64,000 nucleotides of DNA from Octopus vulgaris (taxonomy: Eukaryota), in assembly GCA_951406725.2 (NCBI GenBank), contig OX597817.1, forward strand, positions 1,736,001 to 1,800,000, given 5' to 3'. A program made the translations under genes and the position numbers. Shown piece by piece: positions 1 through 9,720 of the stretch (position 1 is its first letter; every line of letters begins with the position of its first letter). The notes under the pieces are model-generated. The model was not told the DNA's origin. It saw nothing but the letters and a program-made list of their open reading frames with translations, and ran no database searches.

Positions 1-261
1 AATTCATTTTAGCACATACACTAGGATTCAAGGTATGACGAATTCAAAATCGTTATGCTAGTCTTCCAGTCATCTTCTAATATAAGGTCCTAAATATACA
101 TTTGGACGGTCCCAAATATATCTCCACATTTTTCCTGAAGTTATACACACACACACACACACACAAACAAACACACACACAAACAAACACACACACAAAC
201 AAACACACACACACACACACACGCACACACACACATGGGGTGGACGTATATGTGTGTGCAT

Positions 262-556
262 GAAGGCGCGTGGCCTAGCGGTTAGGGTGTTGCATTCACG
301 ATTTAGTGACCGTTGCTTTGATTCACGGACTGAACGAAGCGCTGTGTTTTTTGAGCAAAATCCTTTCCCTTTGTCCCTGTCCGTTCCACTGTAAATGGGT
401 AATCCTACGCCGGACTAGCATCCTGCTCATAGGAGCTGTTGGTCTACTCGCCTAGCCAGCGGGTTGGCGCCATTCTAAAGCTAAACTGTGCAAATCGCAT
501 TGTGATCAGTGATGTATAACAACATCGGATAGTCTGGATGATCATGTGATCACGTG
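262..556 (+). mobile_element. tRNA-derived SINE (family C, Octopus OR-like), diverged copy
   Basis: Head GAAGGCGCGTGGCCTAGCGGTTAGGG has a Pol III A box and a decayed B box; the same head occurs in the reverse-strand copies at 2338-2593 and 2968-3334. Confidence 0.7.
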
Positions 557-767
557 GTACACGTACGCATTTTATTGCAAAAGAAATTTTGCTAATGAGG
601 TGAAAATTAGGTATAGTCTACAGAAGGTAGCTAGATGCGCGTGTACGCGCACACACACACACACTCACACATTTATATACATATATTTATACATGGATTG
701 TGCATGACTGTCTATGGAGGTGCCCTGTGTCCAAGGGTAAAATATACTCTACAAATATCTATTATTT

Positions 768-1040
768 TGGCGGAATCGTTCGTACTCCGGTTAGAATGCT
801 TAGCAGCGTTTCGTCCGTCTTCATGTTCTGAGTGAGGTGTAACTGATCATCCTCCACTCCTTCACTGGACATGAAGCAACATCTAAATGCATATACATAT
901 ATATATATGCATTCAGAGGTCGACTTTGCCTTTCATCTTTTCGGGGTCAGTAAAATAAGTACCAGTCGAATATTGGGATCGATGTAATCAACTTACACTC
1001 TCCCCCAAATTGCTGGCCTTGAACCAAAATATGAAACCAT
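768..1040 (+). mobile_element. SINE family A copy (central GTCGACTTTGCCTTTCATCCTTTCGGGGTCG domain) interrupted by an ~80-bp insert
   Basis: Aligns by eye to the intact copies at 6791-6990, 13360-13574 and 55462-55677 on both sides of 834-914. Confidence 0.8.
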
Positions 1041-2337
1041 TTTAAAGGACTAATGAACGCAACAGCAGCAGCAGCAGCAGCACCATGTTTTTATGGAACC
1101 AAACAGCGATTGTACAGAGAGCAAAATGGTGGATGGGGGAGGGGGATTAGTATCAATGATGCAAACTCCCAAAAGAAACCAACCCCAACACGACTCTTAT
1201 GGAACAAACAACTTGATTAGACTCCCATGAGCATGTAAAGAACCCCGTTGTTTTTTCTTTTTTTTTTATAAAACACACACACACACACACAAATGTGTGT
1301 ATCTTCATGTTTTTCACAATATTAACATGCCAAATTACCTCAACATTAAACTGAATCTGTATTCCGGCATTGAGTTTCCGGCACCTTACCTGTTTCTTGA
1401 CGGCGCTTTCCAACTTTCTTTTAATATTTGTTTCAATGCCACCACTCTTAATGTACATTCATTTCGGAGATAACAAAAATTACATTTATGTCGCTTGCAA
1501 GAGTCTTTATGTTAGTAAAATGCCTTCTTTTGATAACTGAAAACTCACTACATATTCAATCCAATCAATATAATAAATCAATTTAAGAAAAACTTTAGTG
1601 TACGACGGTGAATGAAATTGCCTTACAGAATTTACAATCGTTTCTCTTGTTTTGGAGTTCGAATCTCAAAGAAGTTGTTCGTGACTCGATAAACAAATAC
1701 CAGTCATATATGAGTACAATTCAAGCCACCATGTCATTCTTCAACAATTTTGTGTCTATGTAAATAACATTTTCTGATAATAAGGTTTTTTAAAGGAGAA
1801 AAGTACAGAGATTGCATAAAATAACTCTGTATATTATTTGTATTTATTCTATCTTTAAAGTAAAGACTGCAACACAACGTCGACACCAACTGGATTTGCA
1901 CCAGAATTTTCTATATCTAATCTAATGCTTTAAATCGACCATCAATAATAACCATAGTAATGATATGCTCTGTCTAAAATACACATATCATCAGTAATAG
2001 TATATGTTTCCGAGACGAATGAAACGACTACAGGTGCTTTTGAGGCACAAAGCTGATCATCATAGAACATGATGAAAAGAAGGTGACTCACCAAGTTGAC
2101 GTAGTAATATATCCAGTCAGGCGCTCAAGCGTTTTCACCTCATGTTTAACTTAACCATTTACTCGTCCACTTGAAATTCTAGACATCTTAGTGTTATTTG
2201 GTTGCGCATAATCTTTAGTTTCTTTTGTTTGCGTTATTTTTTAAGTTTTACACTCTAGATGTTCTAATTAAGATATGATGATATGGTTAATATACCGATG
2301 ATACAGCCCTTCTTCGGTTGCGACATCGATTGTTCCT

Positions 2338-2593
2338 CGTGCAAGTGGCTGAGCAATCCACAAATGCGTGTATTTTTAACGTAGTTCTCAGGAGGGTGCA
2401 GTATGACACAGAATGTGATATGAATGGCCCTTTGAACTATAAGGTACAAATCAGTGTTTTCCAGCTGAGTGGACTTGAACAATGTGAAATCGAGTTCTTG
2501 CTCGAGGACACAACGCGCACGCCGCCGGGAATCGAACTCACAAACTTACAGTCGTGAACCGAATATCCCTAACCACTAAACCACGCGCTTTCA
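2338..2593 (-). mobile_element. tRNA-derived SINE (family C)
   Basis: Reverse complement starts TGAAAGCGCGTGGTTTAGTGGTTAGGG...GAGTTCGATTCCC (A and B boxes); 3' body shared with 2968-3334 and 53004-53329. Confidence 0.8.
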
Positions 2594-2967
2594 TGATTTT
2601 ACAATAGTGAGTTTATTAATAGAAAATGACATCTGATTCAGTCTAACAATAATATATTTCAAAATAACTAGATCTTGTTTTCTATCAACACAATAAGGAC
2701 ATTAAGATCAGCTTTAGCCTGAGTGCCTACCACTTGACGTTGGTAACCAACAATGAAGCAAATTACTCTTTCCTTCAGACGATATGGCGTTACAGCATAA
2801 TTTGCAATAATCATTGTAACAATTCCCGCACACGCTTGTGAAACACGTGTAAAGATTGTGTAATTTATGATGTTATAATAAAAATATTTTGGAATAGTAT
2901 CTCCAGTTTTATACTAATCTGTCTGCCTATCTACCTGCCTACATGTCTACCTACCTAGAATAGAAGG

Positions 2968-3334
2968 CACTCAGTCGCTTACGACGATGAGGGTTCTATT
3001 TGATCCGATCAACGGAACAGCTTGCTCGTGAAATTAACGTGCAAGTGGCTGAGCACTCCACAGACACGTGTGCCCTTAACGTAGTTCTCAGGGATATTCA
3101 GCATGACACAGAGTGTGACAAGGCTGGCCCTTTGAATTACTGGCACAACAGTAAGAGTGAGAGAAAGTTATGGTGAAAGAGTACAGCAGGGTTCGTCACC
3201 ATCCTTGCCGGAGCATCGTGGAGCTTTAGGTGTTTTTACTCAATAAACATTCTTAACGCCTGGTTTGGGAATCGAAACTGCGATCCTATGACCGCGAGTC
3301 CACTGCCCTAACCACTGGGCCTTTACGCCTCCAC
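2968..3334 (-). mobile_element. tRNA-derived SINE (family C), near full length
   Basis: Reverse complement GTGGAGGCGTAAAGGCCCAGTGGTTAGGGCAG...GTTTCGATTCCC; plus-strand tail AACGTGCAAGTGGCTGAGCACTCCACAGACACG shared with other copies. Confidence 0.85.
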
Positions 3335-3369
3335 AACCTACCTACCTACCTACCTACCGACCTACCGGC

Positions 3370-3448
<79 letters not shown>

Positions 3449-5080
3449 CACAATTATTCCTCTTGAAAGATTCGATCATTCACGTGGGAGACTGCTCTCG
3501 TCTGAACTTCAAGATCACCTTTATAGTATGTACACCATTCTTCTTTTGTGGATTATAAAACAACAGATGGTGTGAACACAAGACAGAACAATTAATTCAC
3601 TGACACAATTCACTTACTAATATTGCTCAAAGCAAGGCGGTCTTTGCTGACCATTGCTATCGTATTTGTCAAGCGGCCATTTTAGACGTTACTTTTTGGA
3701 GACTTCTGCATCGCAGTTGAGTACAAATACTATTCAACTTCATTTGCTGCATTGACCAAGATGCATATCATAAAACTGAGGATATACAAAAGATAGGGCG
3801 GGGGATTCGTGGGGCCGCATAGTAAATTCACCTTGGAGTATGAAGAGGATGATGATAATGGTGAAGATGATGATGATGATGGTGATGTTATATACATACA
3901 TACATATATACATACATATATACATATATAAATATATATATATATATATATTAATCTTTATGTGACCTCACCAAGGTAAAAGTGAGTGAAGGCTTTCGTT
4001 AGCACACTACTCTAAGAAGCTATGTGACACAGATGAAAAAATATATTTACTCAAATTCTTCAGTGGTATTAAAAGGGATTCTGAAATTTTCAATCATCTG
4101 CTGAAATAGTCGAATGAGCTATTTAAGTCAATAAAACACAGTCTTCGTTCATTTAATTCGTCGCCAAATTTTTGTTTTTTCAAATAATATAGTCAACTCT
4201 TGAAAACAACCTAATCAGATATCCAAACGTTACTTCCTGCGTAGATTAATACCAACAGATTTGCTCATTTAAACTGAAGACAATTTTCTCTTAAACATAT
4301 GCACCTTTTTTCTCCGGCCCTTCAGTAATCAAGAGAGTCGTTGGGGGTTGGTGTAAGGCTTCTCGCATTTAGTTATTCTGACAGTTGCTGGTTCATTCAA
4401 CAACCTCATTAACTATTCAAACAACCATTTTCATTATGTGAAACTTTTCAGTAAGGCAAACAAATTGTTCAGGTAATCAAATAGGAACTAACACCGAGTT
4501 TCATTACTGAAATTGTTTTACTAGTAAATCAAATGTTACGTATTTGTCATTTAACTAAATTTGAAATCACAACATATGTCTTTCAAGTTTGTGTAGTTTA
4601 TTCGCGAAACTCCAACCAATGAATGAGGTCGTGTAATTTGATTAGGAATAAAATGTTCTAGGCTAAAAATACTAAAAATATTCTTTTTAATTGGATTAAA
4701 ATTCAGATTATTAATTTCTGAACTAGGACAAATGAGGTGCATTTAAAAAAAATAAAAGTACTATCAATATAATATATACTTAATAATATTTGTTAGAAAT
4801 CCCATAAAGCTCTTCTTTGGCAGTATTTAATCACAAAACTGTCGAAATTATTACGCAAAGACAAATGAAAGTGAATTCAGGTCATCACGAAATATTGTTC
4901 ATCTTATCAATTTGGTAAACTTCTAAAATTAAAAGCAATAACTGAGGTTTTTAGTTCTTAATTCTCAGTCAAATTTAGTTGTACTCAAAATTCAAATAAC
5001 TGAGTACGCTGATGGTTTTAGTTCCTTCATTTTGTGATAAGTGACAAAGTAACATGTTTTCATGGTTAACAAAGAATCGA

Positions 5081-5086
5081 TTTATT
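5081..5086 (-). promoter_or_regulatory. Candidate polyadenylation signal (AATAAA) for the BMP3-like gene
   Basis: Plus-strand TTTATT about 1.44 kb downstream of the stop codon in unique AT-rich sequence; an alternative hexamer lies at 5489-5494. Inference only. Confidence 0.35.
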
Positions 5087-5137
5087 GATAAATTTAACAT
5101 AAATAAATGAAATTACACATATCAAAGACTGTAAAAC

Positions 5138-5505
5138 ACATACATACATACATACATACATACATACATACATACATACATACATACATACATACATACA
5201 TACACACACACGTGTTTACTCACTCTTTCCATTCAGTCTTTTCTTTTAAAGCACATGAAATTCCAGATATATACTTACAGGCGCATGCGTAAGAAGGCGC
5301 TTTCAGTAAACGCACTTTCAGCATGCACTCAATCATACGCATTCATACTCTCATATAACCGGACATGCGCAAAGAGATGCGCTAATAGATATATAGTCTA
5401 ATTTTCTTTTTTAATACAGAGACATTGAACTAAATTGACGGGCTAAAATTGTTAGACATGCCTATATAATCATGCAAAGATATATTTTTTTATTATATAT
5501 ATATA

Positions 5506-5556
<51 letters not shown>

Positions 5557-5739
5557 TACATACATACATACAGTGTCAATGTCTGTGCGCATGCACGTAT
5601 AATTATACGTATTTAAAATACTATTTTCTTTTACTTTAAAGAATATAGAAACAAACAAAATGAAAGAACAAAAACAAATTAACAAAAAACAAAAAAGAAA
5701 TTGTCTTTCAAATATGTTAAGTGTTGATATCCAACAGAA

Positions 5740-5779
<40 letters not shown>

Positions 5780-5823
5780 TATATATGCATGTGTGTATGT
5801 AAAAATATACATATACATGTGTA

Positions 5824-5859
<36 letters not shown>

Positions 5860-6041
5860 CACACTCATGCATACATATGTATTATCATGAGTGCATACGT
5901 TTGTGTGTATGTATGTATTTATGTACGTGTATGCAGGTGTATTATATATGTATATATATATATATATATATAAAGATACACGTATATATATATATATATA
6001 TATATATAACGATATATATGTATATAAAGATATATATATAA

Positions 6042-6087
<46 letters not shown>

Positions 6088-6169
6088 GTACACATATACA
6101 TCTGTAGATTTATCCTTATGTGTGTATGGGTATACTTATTTGCACACACACACATATACATTCATATTC

Positions 6170-6201
<32 letters not shown>

Positions 6202-6320
6202 CTGTGGAGATAGTAAGAAAAAGAGAGAGAGATTCATCCACACTCACACACACGCACGCACATACATATATATATATATATATGGTATGTATGTGTGTGT
6301 GTGCGTGTGTGTGTGTACAT
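5138..6320. repeat. (CATA)n, (TA)n and (TG)n microsatellite field, probably within the BMP3-like 3' UTR
   Basis: Direct reading; explains the [10 protein letters not shown] pseudo-ORFs. Confidence 0.9.
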
Positions 6321-6521
6321 ATTATATGCCTATGCATATGTATCTGAGTGTGTACAGAATGGGTACAATTTACATGATAACGGCAGGCGAACGTTCATTC
6401 GTCGCTCTCTAAGTTCGTAAGTTCGTTCTCTTCTGGATTTGTACTTCAGAACTTCAAAATAACAAAGATTAATCAGCAAGTGCCGCTTGTAGTGAAGGGA
6501 AGTTATTTTCAAAGATGCCGG

Positions 6522-6713
6522 CTATCGGCAGGCACATGACAAGACGGTCATGCCAGGATAGTTCTTCAAGATCACATTTTGATCTTCGTCAAGATATAGC
6601 AATGTGATAGATGACACAGAATCCGGGACACAACACGGCGCTGGTACGTGCGGGTATATTCCGATAGCGTGAACGATACTTTGTATAGTGGCATGGTTTG
6701 AGGCTCTCAGCTT
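6522..6713 (-). CDS. BMP3: Terminal coding exon of a BMP3/GDF10-like TGF-beta superfamily ligand (C-terminal cystine-knot segment)
   Basis: Reverse strand: polypyrimidine tract and acceptor TTTTTTTTTCTCTTTACAG| then [66 protein letters not shown] (63 aa, phase 0, stop at 6522-6524). [14 protein letters not shown] and terminal CACR match the vertebrate BMP3 C-terminus as I recall it ([63 protein letters not shown]) without gaps. Confidence 0.92.
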   Translation of the reverse strand, partial: KLRASNHATIQSIVHAIGIYPHVPAPCCVPDSVSSITLLYLDEDQNVILKNYPGMTVLSCACR

Positions 6714-6790
6714 CTGTAAAGAGAAAAAAAAATGGAAATGAGAAATGAGAATTGACTAATTATTCGATCAATGTTTATGGGAAATCAAAC

Positions 6791-7190
6791 CGGCGAGCTG
6801 GCAGAAACGTTAGCACACCGGGCGAAATGCTTTGCGGTATTTCGTCTGTCTTTACGTTCTGAGTTCAAATTCCGTCGAGGTCGGCTTTGCCTTTCATCCT
6901 TTCGGGGTCGACAAGTTGTGTACTGGGGTCGATCTAATCGACTGGCCCCCTGCCCCCAAAATTTCAGGCCTTGTGCCTAGAGTGGAAAAGAATCGTTAGC
7001 ATGCCGGTCAAAATGATTTGCGACATTTCGTCCGTCTTCATGTTCTGAGTTCAAATTCCGCCGAGATCGATTTTGTTTTTCATTCTTTGTTTTTCATTCT
7101 TTGTTTTTCATTCTAAGCACTGGGGTCGATATAGAAAACTTACCACTTCTTCCCAAATTTCTAGCCTTGTGCCAAAATTTTAAATTAATA
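6791..7190 (+). mobile_element. Two head-to-tail SINE family A copies
   Basis: CGGCGAGCTGGCAGAAACGTTAGCAC...GAGTTCAAATTCC starts at 6791; a second head GAATCGTTAGCATGCCGG starts near 6990. The second copy carries a 15-bp triplication (TTTGTTTTTCATTCT) at about 7073-7113. Confidence 0.85.
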
Positions 7191-7879
7191 TTTATGCAAT
7201 ATTATTATTATTATTAATTACTGTTTTAGTATTTTAAACACAAGGCTACGGATTTCGAGTGGAAGAATCATTATTCATTTGATGAATCACGATCCTTGAC
7301 TTCGAGTTCCCTTACTTCAGCAACCTTTTTAATGATGAAATACAAAATTCGACCTTGCAACTGGATCTGACCTAAAGATATAAAGACAAGTCACTGAATA
7401 TCGCAATACATTTAGTCCGGCATATTTGGCATGCAGATAACATTTATAGAAATCTACCTAACAAGGAAATTTATATCAACCAGATAACATCTGTGGATAT
7501 CATCTTACATTTATAACATATTTATGTCTTACCATGTAGATAAACATACATGTGCTTTATATTATAAGAATACGATGTAGTTTCTACGTATTCTGTTCAT
7601 AACATAGTAAATACTCCACATAGATATCATTGAAACATTTATCGTAGCATACGATAAATAATATTATTTCGAATGAACTGTTGGCTACATGGCGATTATG
7701 CGTGATCAAATGTGACTTTCCTATTCGTAAGACTGCAGTGTGTGATGTGAGAGTTATTTGACTGCTATTTCTAGCAGGTTGAGCGATTACGTGGAAGCTC
7801 CCTTGTGTCTCAAGTGTACCCTACTTGCCTCTTCAGATATTCAGATATTCAGTTATTTCAATGACACCTCAAAATAGAT

Positions 7880-8020
7880 AACAACGAAGACAATGATGAT
7901 GATGATGATGATGATGATGATGTGGAAGTAGATGTGCTGACAGTGGTGGTGGAGGTGGTGCTGGTGGTGGTGGTGGTGATGGTGGTGATGGTGGTGGTGA
8001 TGGTGGTGGTGGTTGTTATC
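7880..8020. repeat. (GAT)n/(GGT)n trinucleotide repeats
   Basis: Direct reading. Confidence 0.9.
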
Positions 8021-8800
8021 ACCGTGTTATGTTTGGTAGATGTTACTTTCACGAGTGAGGGAGTAAGTGCGTCTGGAGGTGGGAGTGTGTACATATGAAT
8101 GTGGGTGCGGTGGGGGCAAAGTGTACTGAGTACAAAAGTTTCCCTTAAATGTTAAACTATACCACATTCATTCTCTACCTTCTCCCTTCTCTATTTCCTT
8201 CTCTGCTTTTCCTTTTACTTTCACTTTATCAAATACTCTCGCTTTCTCCCTCTCTCTCCCTCCCTCACTCTTCCTTTCTCTCTATATGTGTATCTATCTA
8301 CTGATTGTTCTGGTTCTCGTTCTGCCTTTTGAAAAGCAGATTCCAATGTTCTCAAATTCTGAAGAATCACAGCTGCAGCTTCAATGCTGATGTAGAAAGC
8401 CGACCTCAAACGGCGAAATATCTAAGTCGACCAGAATGATGATCGAATTCACAACACGAGGCCGATGAAATTACTCTTGCTTTCACCGACAACTACACGC
8501 ACGAGTGTACACACCCACCCGCCATACAGACACCTCACATAAAATGACACACATGTATATCCGCATTATCATGAGCCCAAGGTGTTTAGAATTTTATCTA
8601 ACCTTTTCCACCGCCTCTAACGCACGTAGACAAATACACCCCACCTCCGATACATGCGCGGTGCGACATTCATACATACATACATACATACACACACACA
8701 TATTCACACATACATACATGCATACATACATACATACATATAGATACATGCATACAAACATACATACATACATACATACATACATACATACATACATACA

Positions 8801-8832
<32 letters not shown>

Positions 8833-8999
8833 AAAGCGTGGCTGTGTGGTAAGAACCTTACTTCCCAACCACATGGTTCCGGGTTCAGTACCATTGCGTG
8901 GCACCTTAGGTGTCTTCTACTATAGCCTGAAACCGACCAAAGCCTTGTGAGTGGATTTGGTTGACAGAAACTGAAGGAAGCCCGATATTTATATTTATT

Positions 9000-9071
<72 letters not shown>

Positions 9072-9268
9072 TATCCTCGCCATCGCTTGACAACCGATGC
9101 TGGTGTGTTTACGTACCCGTAACTTAGCGGCTGGCAAAAATACCGATAGAAGAAGTACTAGGCTTATAAAGAATAAACCCTGGGGTCGATTTTTTCGACT
9201 AAAAGCCTTTAAGGTGGTGCCCCAGCATGGCTACATTCAAATGGCTGAAACAAGTAAAAGAATAAAAT
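8833..9268 (+). mobile_element. SINE family B (bipartite, internal (TG)n), full length
   Basis: Head GCGTGGCTGTGTGGTAAGAA...GGTTCCGGGTTCAGTACCA and tail GAAACAAGTAAAAGAATAAAA; colinear with 61261-61668. Confidence 0.9.
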
Positions 9269-9291
9269 AATATATATTTGGAGAAATAATC

Positions 9292-9720
9292 GCTTCCAGT
9301 GTAGGCACAAGGCCTGAAATTTTGGAAAAGGGGACAAGTCGATTATATCAATCTCAGCACATAACTGGCACCTATTTTATCGACCCTCGAGGGATGAAAG
9401 GTTAAGTCGACCTCGGTAGAATTTTAACGTGAAGACGTAAAAAATGCCGCGAAGCATTTTGTCCGGCGTACTTACGATTCTGCCAGCTTGCTGCCTTTGT
9501 ACGTGTAGTAATAATGATTTCAAATTTTGGCACCGGATCGCAGTTTATTTTTTGGTGGTAGTGGTGGTGGTGGTGGTGGTGGTGGGGAGTCGATTACCTC
9601 AACCTCAATGCTTTATTGGTATTTATTTCATTGGCCGTGAATGGATGAAAAGCAAAACCGACGAAGGAAATGCCACTAAGCATTTAGTCCAATGTGTTTA
9701 CAATTCTACTAACTCACCAC
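9292..9720 (-). mobile_element. SINE family A, one complete and one partial copy
   Basis: Plus-strand GGCACAAGGCCTGAAATTTTGG...GGATGAAAGGTTAAGTCGACCTCGG...CTGCCAGCTTGCTGCC, followed by a second decayed copy. Confidence 0.8.

Noticed and set aside
262-335. tRNA gene candidates at SINE heads (also near 2520-2593, 3262-3334 and 61261-61330)
   Set aside because: A/B boxes are present but there is no full cloverleaf, and each continues into a SINE body.
1153-1458. 101-aa minus-strand ORF containing a strong donor-like site (CAG|GTAAGG near 1385-1392)
   Set aside because: No recognisable domain, no convincing acceptor, and the ORF runs into a (TG)n tract; cannot be supported as an exon.
4600-4625. 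Minus-strand IGWS peptide resembling the BMP DIGWSEW motif
   Set aside because: Context reads FIGWSFA with no second Trp or cysteines, and it lies downstream of the terminal exon.
5470-6412. Long overlapping ORFs (up to 207 aa) of [10 protein letters not shown] type, here and at 25744-26225, 36945-37421 and 59271-59847
   Set aside because: Translations of (TA)n/(TG)n microsatellites, which lack stop codons.
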